This document shows positions 1-9,200 of a stretch of 27,785 bases of DNA, in pieces. The first letter of the stretch is position 1; each line of letters begins with the position of its first letter. Made by a program: the position numbers and the translations under genes. Under the pieces are notes generated by a model. The model searched no databases and was not told where the DNA came from. It saw only the letters and a list, made by a program, of their open reading frames with translations. This DNA comes from Bdellovibrionota bacterium (GTDB taxonomy: Bacteria; Bdellovibrionota_C; UBA2361; OMII01): positions 1-27,785 of the forward strand of contig JBIKWQ010000046.1 in the NCBI GenBank assembly GCA_044356215.1. The letters run 5' to 3'.

Positions 1-2
1 AT

Positions 3-101
3 CTGGCTAAAATCACTGCGGCTTTTGAATTTTCGGTGCTCACCCTGACGGTGCCAGGGTTGCGCGCCGAAAATTTCAAAATCTCTTGTGCTTTTAACCA
101 G
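3..101. repeat. Long imperfect palindrome (REP/MITE-like hairpin, ~100 nt), possibly truncated by the window edge
   Basis: Nested inverted arms: 3-16 CTGGCTAAAATCAC with 88-101 (2 mismatches); 23-39 TTTTGAATTTTCGGTGC with 64-81; 42-47 ACCCTG with 55-60 CAGGGT. Lies just downstream of aroC. Confidence 0.7.
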
Positions 102-193
102 CTGCACCATTTTGGTCCTCCTTAACTACCGTTTTTAGGATTAAGCGTAACTACTCACCGGATTTTTGGCATCGTTGCAGGAATCTCCTTAAA

Positions 194-1279
194 TCAACCG
201 TTCTGCGCGATATGCCTCAGGTAGTGGTCCATTATTACCAGCCCCGCCATTGCATCTACTATCGGCACAGCGCGCGGCAGAACGCAGGGATCGTGTCTGC
301 CAGCCGCTGAAAGCTTCACACGTTCGCCCGCGACAGAGACGGTATCTTGTTCCTTTGAGATAGTAGCTACAGGCTTGAAAGCTACCCTAAAAAAGATCGA
401 CTCTCCCGAGGATATTCCACCCAGAACGCCGCCCGCGTTGTTTGTACTTGGATGAATAGCGCCATCCTCGCGGAGCTCAAAAGGATCGTTGTGCTGGCTT
501 CCACGAAGATGTACAGAGTCAAAGCCATTACCGATGTCGAACCCCTTAGCGGCGTTTATACTTAGCATTGCCTTGCCAAGGTCCGCGTGCAATTTATCGA
601 AAACAGGCGCGCCTAGCCCTTTGGGCGCTCCTTTAATAACACCGCGAATGATGCCACCGATCGAATCACCCTCGCTCTGTACCTGTTTTACAAGTTCGAT
701 CATTTTTGATGCCACATCGGCGTCTGGGCAGCGCACGATGTTAGCTTCGATCATTTTTCGATTTACGTGGGAAGACCGAATTTCAGTTTTAATGCTACCG
801 ACCTGTTCGACGTAGCTTAAGATTTCTATGCCGAGTTTTTCCCTTAAATACTTTTGAGCGATCGCTCCGGCGGCGACCCTTGCTAGGGTTTCCCGAGCGG
901 AAGCCCGCCCACTTCCACGCCAATCACGTCTCCCGTATTTAGCTTGGTATGTGAAATCAGCGTGAGAGGGTCGGTAGAGATTCTTTAGCTCCTCATAGTC
1001 CTCAGATCTTACGTCCTTGTTATTAGCGAGAATTAAGATCGGGGTTCCGGTGGTGTGTCCCTCGAAAACACCGCTTAGGATCTTAATGGTATCCTCCTCT
1101 TTGCGCGGCGTGGTTAGCTCGCTTTGACCTGGTTTCCGGCGATCTAGTTCTAATTGTATGTCGGGCTCTGAAAGTGCTAGGCCAGGAGGGCATCCGTCAA
1201 CCACCACGCCTACGGCTCCACCGTGTGATTCCCCGAAAGTCGAGATCCTAAAGAGTTGGCCGAATGAATTTCCAGACAT
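194..1279 (-). CDS. aroC: Chorismate synthase
   Basis: Motifs TFGESHG, RPSHAD, GSGRASARET, FKPVATI and GRHDPC. Start taken at ATG 1279 (MSGNSFG); the ORF track extends to GTG 1285. Confidence 0.98.
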   Translation of the reverse strand: MSGNSFGQLFRISTFGESHGGAVGVVVDGCPPGLALSEPDIQLELDRRKPGQSELTTPRKEEDTIKILSGVFEGHTTGTPILILANNKDVRSEDYEELKNLYRPSHADFTYQAKYGRRDWRGSGRASARETLARVAAGAIAQKYLREKLGIEILSYVEQVGSIKTEIRSSHVNRKMIEANIVRCPDADVASKMIELVKQVQSEGDSIGGIIRGVIKGAPKGLGAPVFDKLHADLGKAMLSINAAKGFDIGNGFDSVHLRGSQHNDPFELREDGAIHPSTNNAGGVLGGISSGESIFFRVAFKPVATISKEQDTVSVAGERVKLSAAGRHDPCVLPRAVPIVDAMAGLVIMDHYLRHIAQNG

Positions 1280-1293
1280 ATTCACCGAGAAGG

Positions 1294-1986
1294 TTAATTG
1301 AGCGCCCGCATGATTGAGTCTAGTTTATCGAGGGCTAACTGGCCCGGAGCGGATCTCTGAGTCGTATCCATCGGAGCGAATGATAATTCATTTCCCCACT
1401 GAGGCCCAAACACTCGGGTAATCACTCCATGTTTGCCCATACCTAGCACAACGCAGCGTCTTCCAGCCTCACGCAGGTCGATGAGCAGCGAGAGTAATCT
1501 GAGGGCGTCTCGCTGAATGGCGCAGAATGTTGATATCTTTGTTACATGGGCGCCCCAGCCAGCTATTCGAGACGTTATTGAGCGTAGCTCCGTATCGGAA
1601 GGGGTCTGTTTATAGTTGTGGTAGGAGAGGATCGTTTTCAAGCTCAGGCGCTCGGCCTGAGATCTGGTGATCTCCTCAACCTGTGATGAGATATCTAGGT
1701 CAACTAACACATGCTTCCTGGAGAGGGTCTTTAGTATGTCGAAGCGGGTTTCAGAATCGATTTTGCACGATTCGAAATTCTGCCTGCGCGTGACCATAAT
1801 TAAACGATGAGGATAAATACCAACAAGTGAGGCGGCGAAGCCAGGGTCAATATCAGTGATGTAATCGAGCCAAACCTCAAAGAACCTGTAGCGCTCGAGG
1901 TTCTCCTCGATCGTTGTCTGCACCTCTCTTCGTGTGCGTTTGATTATCGGTAAGCAGTATCGGTTGTCACTACGGGGTGTTCGCAT
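1294..1986 (-). CDS. aroD: Type I 3-dehydroquinate dehydratase (divergent)
   Basis: ILSYHNYKQTP (catalytic His), VTKIS (Schiff-base Lys), GMGKHGVITR and SAPGQL; located in the aro cluster. Confidence 0.9.
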   Translation of the reverse strand: MRTPRSDNRYCLPIIKRTRREVQTTIEENLERYRFFEVWLDYITDIDPGFAASLVGIYPHRLIMVTRRQNFESCKIDSETRFDILKTLSRKHVLVDLDISSQVEEITRSQAERLSLKTILSYHNYKQTPSDTELRSITSRIAGWGAHVTKISTFCAIQRDALRLLSLLIDLREAGRRCVVLGMGKHGVITRVFGPQWGNELSFAPMDTTQRSAPGQLALDKLDSIMRALN

Positions 1987-2016
1987 AGAAGTTCTATAAC
2001 AACTAAAGAGCTGTGG

Positions 2017-2045
2017 ATTATAACTTAAAGGGTAGCTGTGGTCAC
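2017..2045 (-). promoter_or_regulatory. Putative sigma70 promoter for aroD-aroC
   Basis: Minus strand GTGACC (2045-2040), 17 bp spacer, TATAAT (2022-2017), about 30 nt upstream of the aroD ATG in a 146-bp gap. Confidence 0.55.
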
Positions 2046-2132
2046 TACGTTTTGAGTTCTATCAGGTGTGATAAGTTAATTTTAGGGATGCAAAGCAACA
2101 GCTCGCTTGAGAGGGCATTCGCTTGGTCTCTT

Positions 2133-2951
2133 CTAGCCAAGAGTAGAGAACATTATTTCACGCGGAGCGTCGGTCCCAGTGTGGATCTTAAACTGAGCCG
2201 CGCCCTGTTCTAAAAACATCTCTAGTCCCTCAACTACTTGGCAGCCAGACTGCCTCGCTAACCTAAGGAGTCGTGTCTCTCGTGGTGAGTATATAGTTTC
2301 GAAGATGATCTGGTGGCTTGCTAGCTGACTAGGGAGGAGGGGAGACGCCTCCAAGTCGTCAGGCATGCCCAGAGGGGTAGTGTTAATTATTACCTTGTAG
2401 CGAGTTGTATCGACCTGTGGCGAGAGCTCGCCGAAATCCGCTCCGAACTTGGTCGCCAAAGCCTTGGCTTTATCCGCAGTTCGATTCAGAACAGTTACCC
2501 TTGCCCCTAACTTAGTCAGGGCGTACACGGCGGCTTGAGCGGCCCCGCCAGCTCCTAAAACCGTGGTTGACGTCTCAGAGAGATCTATTCTGCGCTTAAG
2601 TGGCTGCAATATCCCCAACCAGTCTGTGTTGTGCCCGATAAGTTGACCGTCTACGTTTATGACGGTGTTGACGGCTCCAATATCGCTAGCTGTGGGATCG
2701 ATCTTATTCAGTAGGGGAATTATCGAAACCTTGTGTGGCATGGTTATCGCCAGTCCCTTGATTGATAGGGCTCTTATGCCCGCTATAGCTTCCTTTAAGT
2801 TCTCCGCCTTAACCCGCGATGCCACCATGGCAAAGTCAAGGTTGGTGGCTTTGTAGGCCGCGTTGTGCATCGTAGGTGATAGACTGTGAGCAACAGGGTC
2901 ACCTAATAGTAAGCACAGGGAAGTTTTAGCTGATATCGCGTAATCGCTCAT
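2133..2951 (-). CDS. aroE: Shikimate dehydrogenase
   Basis: GDPVAHSLSPTMHN, ITMPHK, GAVNT, NTDWLG, GAGGAA and NTTPLGM; 4-bp ATGA overlap with aroK. Confidence 0.96.
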   Translation of the reverse strand: MSDYAISAKTSLCLLLGDPVAHSLSPTMHNAAYKATNLDFAMVASRVKAENLKEAIAGIRALSIKGLAITMPHKVSIIPLLNKIDPTASDIGAVNTVINVDGQLIGHNTDWLGILQPLKRRIDLSETSTTVLGAGGAAQAAVYALTKLGARVTVLNRTADKAKALATKFGADFGELSPQVDTTRYKVIINTTPLGMPDDLEASPLLPSQLASHQIIFETIYSPRETRLLRLARQSGCQVVEGLEMFLEQGAAQFKIHTGTDAPREIMFSTLG

Positions 2952-3463
2952 AGTGGCTCTTTCATCTTAGTAATTATTTCGTCCGCGATGACGCCCACGC
3001 TCTTTGAATTAGTGCTAACAATTAGGTCGGCATAGGAGCGATAAACGGGGAGTCGCTTGGAAAAGAGTTCCTCAGCTTTCTGGCGATCACTCAAAAGTGG
3101 TCTATTAGATAAATCGGTAACCCGGTTGAATACCTCATCCAAAGATGTGTCGAGAAAAATAGTATATCCACCGTTTCGCGATAGGTTATTCATATTCTCA
3201 TGATTTCCGACCACTCCACCTCCAGTAGAGATAACAACCTGGCTAGAGTTCCTGAGCGATTCTGTTACTTGGGTTTCTAGTTCCCGAAACCGTGACTCGC
3301 CGAATTTATCAAATATCTCTTTGATATTCGAGCACCCCGAGAGTGATATCGCTAGGTGGTCAGCTTCGATAAACTCATAGCCGATCGTTTGCGCGAGAAT
3401 GGCGGCGACTGAGCTTTTTCCCGAGCCCATAAAGCCGATTAGGATAATTTTTGGCGGTAGCAT
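2948..3463 (-). CDS. aroK: Shikimate kinase
   Basis: Walker A GFMGSGKS, FGESRFRELE, STGGG and RPLL. Start at ATG 3463 (TTG 3466 is an alternative). Confidence 0.95.
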   Translation of the reverse strand: MLPPKIILIGFMGSGKSSVAAILAQTIGYEFIEADHLAISLSGCSNIKEIFDKFGESRFRELETQVTESLRNSSQVVISTGGGVVGNHENMNNLSRNGGYTIFLDTSLDEVFNRVTDLSNRPLLSDRQKAEELFSKRLPVYRSYADLIVSTNSKSVGVIADEIITKMKEPL

Positions 3464-3554
3464 CAATGTATTCTAGAGTACTTGTCTGTCAAAGGAAATG
3501 AGTCAAAACGACGCTAGGGGTGGCAATTATTCCACTACATGCTATACAAAAGTT

Positions 3555-4187
3555 ATGAAGTTTATCTTTTGGGATTGGAATGGAACCCTTATGAATGACG
3601 CGCCGATTCTCTGGCGGTCATTTAACGACTTGGCGACCTCTCGCGGCGGGCGGGCGACTACTTTTGAGAGCTATCGGCAGATTTACCGTCATCCAGTAAG
3701 AGAGATGTACGAGCAGGTTGGTGTTGATTTTACTCGTCACCACTTTGAGGAGATGGCGACTGAGTGGCACGGTCTATATCACAGACTGTTAGACGGAGTT
3801 GAGTTGCACCACGACGCCGTTCACGCCCTTAATACGTTTGAGAAACGTGGAAGTAGACAGGTAGTTGTCTCGGCTCTCCCCCATGATTTTCTGGAGAAGA
3901 TTGTTGATAGGTACGCGGTGCGGAATTTTTTTGAGCATATATCTGGGATTCCTGATGAGCTGGCACACAGCAAGGTGGAGACTGCTATCGCAATGGCGCA
4001 AAAGTTAAGCGCGCAGGGTAGGGATATTACCGTGATTGGGGATTCGTCGCATGACGCAGAGGTAGCAAAGGAGCTGTCCGCGAATTGTTTTCTGGTGGCA
4101 AGAGGGGCTGAAAGTAGGGAGCGCCTTGAGGCTCATGGGTTCCCGGTCCTAGATGATTTCTCGGGCTTGTTTAAGCTTCGTGCTTGA
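3555..4187 (+). CDS. HAD-superfamily hydrolase (phosphoglycolate-phosphatase-like, DWNGT subtype)
   Basis: Motif I FWDWNGTL, motif II VVSA, motif III Lys (HSK) and motif IV IGDSSHD. The start is probably ATG 3555 (MKFIFWD) rather than 3498. Confidence 0.88.
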   Translation: MKFIFWDWNGTLMNDAPILWRSFNDLATSRGGRATTFESYRQIYRHPVREMYEQVGVDFTRHHFEEMATEWHGLYHRLLDGVELHHDAVHALNTFEKRGSRQVVVSALPHDFLEKIVDRYAVRNFFEHISGIPDELAHSKVETAIAMAQKLSAQGRDITVIGDSSHDAEVAKELSANCFLVARGAESRERLEAHGFPVLDDFSGLFKLRA

Positions 4188-4584
4188 GTACTCGCCGCGC
4201 CCAGAATACGAACCTGATCACCGTGTAGAAGCTAAGTAGAACGCAGAGGGCCGCTGATACGCCCTGGATCGGTAAAGCGATTTCATTAAGTTTCTGCGGC
4301 AGCTCCGAGAGAGAATCGTTGCCGCATTGATAGCACTTAGCTAGGATCCCAGGGATTCGTTTCAACACTACCTGTGGTGTTTGGCATTGCGGCACCGGCA
4401 TTGGACAGCCTGCTGTTAATCTTTTAAGGAGTAATCCTAACGCCGCAACCCCTAATACTGAGCTCCCAAGAACCCACGCCGCCCAGCCATAAACCTTCTT
4501 AGGCGTGCGCGACGCCACCACCACAGCCAACAGGCCGGGAAGGATAGCAAATATGACCTCAATGATTTCCGGGAATAAATCCAT
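4171..4584 (-). CDS. Hypothetical membrane protein, ~3 TM helices with a 4-Cys loop
   Basis: Starts 5 bp after the aroA stop with GGAG upstream. Three hydrophobic segments; the loop contains CPMPVPQC and CYQC. Confidence 0.7.
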   Translation of the reverse strand: MDLFPEIIEVIFAILPGLLAVVVASRTPKKVYGWAAWVLGSSVLGVAALGLLLKRLTAGCPMPVPQCQTPQVVLKRIPGILAKCYQCGNDSLSELPQKLNEIALPIQGVSAALCVLLSFYTVIRFVFWARRVLKHEA

Positions 4585-4589
4585 AACTT

Positions 4590-5894
4590 CTACTCCACAG
4601 CTTCGCTTCTGATCTCGATAAGATCAAGTGTTTTCCAGAAGTCAGGGAAAGACTTATCAACAACGCCCGGCTCCTGTATTTCAATGCCATCAGTGACAGC
4701 CGCGCATATCGCGAACGACATCGCCATTCGGTGGTCCTCATAAGTAGCGATCCTCGCGGCTCCTGACGGTCTTCCACCTCGTACAATAATATAATCAGGC
4801 CCCGGAGTTGAGGAGATCCCTAACTTAGCTAGTTCGTGATGCAGAGCCGCTATTCGGTCCGTTTCCTTAACACGCAGAGTTTTAAGGCCTTTAATAATCG
4901 TATCACCTTTAGCGTAGGCGGCAACGACCGCTAAAGTCTGGGCGGTGTCCGGCATTAATTCCATATCAGCTTCAATCGCACGAAGCTCTCCTGGGCCAGA
5001 GACGGTAATGGCGTTATCTCCTTGGCTGACGGAGCACCCCATTCGCTCAAGTAGGGCGGGGAAGTGGATGTCGCCCTGCGCTGAAGAGGGATTAATGTTT
5101 TTAACTGTAATCGATCCCCCCGATACAGCCGCGATAGCCCAAAGATACGAGGCCCCAGAGGCGTCGCCCTCTACTCTGTATCGGCGAGGCTGGTAGCTTT
5201 GTCCCCCTTGTACCGAGATCTTCTTGTAGCTTTCATTTGTCGCGGTAACTCCAAATTCACACATCCCCTGTAGTGTCATATCGATATACGAAGTTGATGT
5301 GGCATCACCCTCTACAGACAGGTCCAGTCCTCCCTCGAGCAGGGGAGAGATTAAGAGTATAGCTGAAAGAAATTGGCTGCTCGTGCTTCCATCGATCTCC
5401 AGCTTCCGGCCGCTTAGCGCCCGTTCGGTTCGTATTCTTAATGGTGGACACCCTGGTAAGCCTAAATAGTCAATAATGGCTCCCGCCTGTCTCAAAGTGT
5501 CGACGAGCGCCATTATTGGGCGTTGATGCATACGCTCTGACCCTTTGAGAGTTATCTCCGCCCCTTTGATAGTAGAGCAGAGCGCCGTTAGAAATCGCAT
5601 CGTTGTCCCCGCGGGGCCAACATCGATCCCTCCGTTGTAAGTTTGAAATCGGCCTCCCGAACCATAGATCTCTATAGTGCTGTTGTCCGGCGTATCAATT
5701 CGAATCCCAAGGAGCCTCAGCGCCGCGATAAATGCTTCGCTATCTCGACTAGGAGACGCGCGAGTTAAGGTGGAGTGGCCACTCGCGCAAGCAGCCATTA
5801 CTAGCGCTCGATTGGTATAGCTTTTTGACCCGGGTACGGTGAAGGTGAAATCGATCGGTCCCTTATTTTCGCGCTTCAGAGCGATGGTGTTCAT
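4590..5894 (-). CDS. aroA: EPSP synthase (3-phosphoshikimate 1-carboxyvinyltransferase)
   Basis: PGSKSYTNRAL, AGTTMRF, SSQFLSA, LRVKETDRI, EDHRMAMSF and KSFPDF. Confidence 0.98.
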   Translation of the reverse strand: MNTIALKRENKGPIDFTFTVPGSKSYTNRALVMAACASGHSTLTRASPSRDSEAFIAALRLLGIRIDTPDNSTIEIYGSGGRFQTYNGGIDVGPAGTTMRFLTALCSTIKGAEITLKGSERMHQRPIMALVDTLRQAGAIIDYLGLPGCPPLRIRTERALSGRKLEIDGSTSSQFLSAILLISPLLEGGLDLSVEGDATSTSYIDMTLQGMCEFGVTATNESYKKISVQGGQSYQPRRYRVEGDASGASYLWAIAAVSGGSITVKNINPSSAQGDIHFPALLERMGCSVSQGDNAITVSGPGELRAIEADMELMPDTAQTLAVVAAYAKGDTIIKGLKTLRVKETDRIAALHHELAKLGISSTPGPDYIIVRGGRPSGAARIATYEDHRMAMSFAICAAVTDGIEIQEPGVVDKSFPDFWKTLDLIEIRSEAVE

Positions 5895-5923
5895 AAGAAT
5901 ATACTGACTAGTATCATTCTAAC

Positions 5924-7018
5924 CTACTTTGCTTGTACCAACGAGATTGCGTCAAGCACGATCGTCGCAGGAACTTCCTGGTCAACAACGGCCGCTCCTA
6001 TGTCGGTAAGTAATGTCCAACGTGACACTCCAGAGACACTCTTCTTGTCTAGGGTCATGGCTTCGATCAGTTCGACCGGCTCCAGGTAGCATGGGAGCTT
6101 CGTCGGTAATCCGGCACGAGCGATCCCCTCGACACATAGCTTCTCTTGGACAGATGATATCAGCCCCATCCTAACGGAGATGAAGCAGGCGGCGACCATT
6201 CCGATCGCCACAGCCTCGCCATGCGTGGTTGGAGAGGTTGTGCGATGTGAGCACGATTCAATCGCGTGACCTAATGTGTGACCGAAATTAAGAGCGCGAC
6301 GTGACCCTAGCTCATACGGGTCGTTTTCGACGGCAGCGACTTTTATCTCGCATGATCGGTGAACTATTTCCGCTAACTCATCTCGTCCCCAGTCACTATA
6401 AGCCCGCGATGTGACGGTTTTAAAGTATTCCTGATCGGCGATTAGTCCGTGCTTAACGATCTCGGCGAAGCCGGAGCGTAGGTCACGGGCGGGGAGCTCA
6501 TTGAGTGTGTCGACATCAATTAAGATTCCGACAGGCTGCGCGATAGCTCCTATCAGATTCTTAACGCCTCCAAAGTTAATCCCGCTTTTTCCGCCTATCC
6601 CCGCGTCAACCTGGGCCAGTAGTGTTGATGGAACTGGAATAAAAGCGATTCCACGCATGTAAGTAGCGGCCGCGAATCCGGCGAGATCTGTGAGCGCTCC
6701 GCCGCCGACCCCAATAACTAGAGACTTGCGGTCTAGCTTGTTATCGGTGAAGAACCCCCAGAGCTCGGTGAGATTCTCGATCGATTTGCAGATCTCACCC
6801 CCGGGAATTATTAACTTTCGTGATTTTGAGCAGTCTATCCGCTCAGCGAGAGCGGAGATAATAGCTTCAGCTCCGGAGTCTCCAACTATTACAACCTTCG
6901 AGTACTTCTGAAGGTCTGCTAGCTCGGCGAGCGAGGACAGGGCGCCCCGACCGATCCAGATCGGGGAAGCCTGATCGCTCGCGGGGAGTTTCAACACTAT
7001 TGTTTGAGGATATACCAA
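5924..7018 (-). CDS. aroB: 3-dehydroquinate synthase
   Basis: GGGALTDLAGFAAATYMRGI, STLLAQVDAGIGGK, LNFGHTLGHAIE and HGEAVAIG. The TTG start abuts the upstream stop, with SD GGAGG. Confidence 0.97.
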   Translation of the reverse strand: MVYPQTIVLKLPASDQASPIWIGRGALSSLAELADLQKYSKVVIVGDSGAEAIISALAERIDCSKSRKLIIPGGEICKSIENLTELWGFFTDNKLDRKSLVIGVGGGALTDLAGFAAATYMRGIAFIPVPSTLLAQVDAGIGGKSGINFGGVKNLIGAIAQPVGILIDVDTLNELPARDLRSGFAEIVKHGLIADQEYFKTVTSRAYSDWGRDELAEIVHRSCEIKVAAVENDPYELGSRRALNFGHTLGHAIESCSHRTTSPTTHGEAVAIGMVAACFISVRMGLISSVQEKLCVEGIARAGLPTKLPCYLEPVELIEAMTLDKKSVSGVSRWTLLTDIGAAVVDQEVPATIVLDAISLVQAK

Positions 7019-9085
7019 CTAAACCTCCATCTTGCGCAGATTAGACATCAATCGCTCAAACTGTGGGAAAAGCAACGCCTGAGGCCCATCACTGAGAGCC
7101 TTTTCAGGTTCAGGATGAAATTCGACTATGATTCCATCCGCCCCAACAGCCTTGGCCGCCATCGCGAGTGGTGGCACAAGCTCACGAACTCCAGCCGCGT
7201 GTGATGGGTCGATAAACACAGGAAGATGCGTTCTTGCTTTAAGCACAGGAACGGCGCTTATATCGAGAGTTCCTCGCGTAGCAGTCTCGAATGTGCGGAT
7301 ACCGCGCTCGCAGAGAAACACCTGTTGATTTCCCCCAGCTAAGATGTATTCGACCGCTTGTAGGAGCTCCTCAATCGATGAGCTCATACCACGCTTTAAC
7401 ATTACGGGAGTTCTGGTTTGTCCAACCACTTTTAGGAGGCTAAAGTTCTGCATGTTGCGAGCACCGATCTGAATTATGTCAGCTTTTTCAGCGACTCTCT
7501 CAACGTCCTCGGTTGTCATTACCTCAGTGATTACAGGTAACCCGAAAGAGCGCCCAGCCTCAACTAACATATCGAGTCCCTCGTAGCCCAATCCTTGAAA
7601 GCTGTACGGAGAGGTGCGTGGCTTAAATACTCCACCACGTAAAATCCGGGCCCCGTTATCTCTGGCGTGCTTAGCGCAGGACATGATCTGTTCACGCGAC
7701 TCAACCGAGCAAGGCCCGGCGATTACTAAGAAGTTACCGTCACCAATCTTAACCCCACCTACATCGATAACTGTATCGGTTGGTTTGTGGTGTCTAGTGG
7801 CGAGAGTGTATCCCTTGTCCTTTGAGCTAACTTTTTTTGTTGGGGCCGTCTCTGGGGCGGTCGCTACTTCAGAGATCTTAGTCTCTGAAGTAAACTCAAC
7901 CGCTGGTGACGCCACCGGCTCGATGTCGCATGCTGGGTAGCATCCGAGAACTTTAATAAAGCGGGAGTTCTTTGTGAGTTCCGCCAGCATGGATTTAATC
8001 TCCGAGGCTGCCGTGTTCCCCGCAAAGTCGATGTAGAACATCTCCTCCCAGGAGTTTCCTTGTATTGGTCGGCTCTCGAGTTTGGTTAAGTTGATCCCAC
8101 GTTCGCGGAAGATCAGTAGGGCTTCAACGAGAGCCCCTGGCTTATTAAGAGTGCGAATAACAATCGACGTTTTCGCCGGTATTCGCGAATCTACCTTTAC
8201 CTGGTTCTTAGCTATAATCAGGTAGCGGGTGAAGTTAGACTCCTGATTCGCTATATCTCTCTTTAGTACGGTCAGCCCGAACATGTGTGCGGCTTCTTCG
8301 CTCGCCAAAGCCGCGCTGAAGCGATCTCCACTTTCCTGGAGCTTTTTCACTCCGCGAGCCGAATCATTCGATAATTCGATCGCGCAATCCGGAATAGACG
8401 ATAGGAAGGTGGCGCACTCGGAAGCGGCGAGGGCGCTGCAGAAAATCCGCCTAATATGAGAGGTTGGTATCTCATCTTTGGCTATCAGGCAGTGTTGAAC
8501 TCGAAATTTCTTCTCTCCAACGATCGATACGTTAGAATTTAACAGTAGGTCGTAGACATCGTTAATCGCTCCTGATGTGGTGTTTTCAATAGGTAGCAAT
8601 CCAAAATCGCATTCACCGGATTCAACCGCTTTGACCGCGCCTTTGAATGACTCAAACCCAATGAATGTCGGGGTCCCTGAGTTTGAATCTCCAAGCACCG
8701 TTGAGAAGTGGCTTTTGCCGGCGAGATGACAGTAAGACCCGTCGATGCCCTGAAAAGCGATCCTTAGAGAGGCGCGAGGCGGGAAGGCGTTTAGCTTGTG
8801 CTGGAGTAGGTCGTGCTGAGCTCTGTTTGATTCAGCTAGCAGTTCATGAAATACGGTCGTTACGAAGTGCGATTCGAGGTTCAGCTGGGATCCTTCGAGA
8901 ATACGCTGGCGGATCACATCGGTCTCACGTGATGAATCGCGGATATCCAGGCCTCCTGCGTCTTTAGTCTCAACAATCTGGCGAGCAAGGCCAAGTCTTG
9001 CAGCGAGTAGTTTTAATAAATTGGAATCTAGTTGATCGATCTCCCTGCGGAGATCTGTCAGTTGATTGTTTATCTCTTTGTCCAT
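7019..9085 (-). CDS. pheA: Fusion of AroQ chorismate mutase, prephenate dehydratase (with ACT domain) and type I-beta DAHP synthase
   Basis: N-terminal LRREIDQLD...LAAR...K...RDSSRE (chorismate mutase); [17 protein letters not shown] and LESRP (PDT/ACT); [35 protein letters not shown] and DPSH (DAHPS). Start taken at ATG 9085 with AGGGA upstream. Confidence 0.93.
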   Translation of the reverse strand: MDKEINNQLTDLRREIDQLDSNLLKLLAARLGLARQIVETKDAGGLDIRDSSRETDVIRQRILEGSQLNLESHFVTTVFHELLAESNRAQHDLLQHKLNAFPPRASLRIAFQGIDGSYCHLAGKSHFSTVLGDSNSGTPTFIGFESFKGAVKAVESGECDFGLLPIENTTSGAINDVYDLLLNSNVSIVGEKKFRVQHCLIAKDEIPTSHIRRIFCSALAASECATFLSSIPDCAIELSNDSARGVKKLQESGDRFSAALASEEAAHMFGLTVLKRDIANQESNFTRYLIIAKNQVKVDSRIPAKTSIVIRTLNKPGALVEALLIFRERGINLTKLESRPIQGNSWEEMFYIDFAGNTAASEIKSMLAELTKNSRFIKVLGCYPACDIEPVASPAVEFTSETKISEVATAPETAPTKKVSSKDKGYTLATRHHKPTDTVIDVGGVKIGDGNFLVIAGPCSVESREQIMSCAKHARDNGARILRGGVFKPRTSPYSFQGLGYEGLDMLVEAGRSFGLPVITEVMTTEDVERVAEKADIIQIGARNMQNFSLLKVVGQTRTPVMLKRGMSSSIEELLQAVEYILAGGNQQVFLCERGIRTFETATRGTLDISAVPVLKARTHLPVFIDPSHAAGVRELVPPLAMAAKAVGADGIIVEFHPEPEKALSDGPQALLFPQFERLMSNLRKMEV

Positions 9086-9143
9086 GGAAGTCCCTATTAT
9101 AGTCCGATTCAAGTCACATCCAGGTCTGACGCGGCGCGGGGAT

Positions 9144-9174
9144 AAAAAAAAGGCCCCGCTTCGCAGCAGAGCCC
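9144..9174 (-). terminator. Attenuator intrinsic terminator upstream of the pheA fusion
   Basis: Minus-strand RNA GGGCUCUGCU-GCGA-AGCGGGGCCU-UUUUUUU: 10-bp stem (3 G-U pairs), GNRA tetraloop and U-tract, ending ~60 nt before the pheA start. Confidence 0.92.
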
Positions 9175-9200
9175 AATTTCAGCGTACGTTATAAAGCGTA

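Noticed and set aside
3470..3492. Perfect TTGACA upstream of aroK as the -35 for TAGAAT
   Set aside because: The spacing is only 11 bp, so it is not called as a canonical promoter.
489..8967. Short + strand ORFs inside the aro genes (e.g. 489-815, 4945-5196, 7614-7940, 8665-8967)
   Set aside because: Antisense shadows of well-supported genes, with no motifs or RBS.
9086..9112. TTG start at 9112 for the pheA fusion
   Set aside because: ATG 9085 has an SD-like AGGGA and begins right at the chorismate mutase domain.
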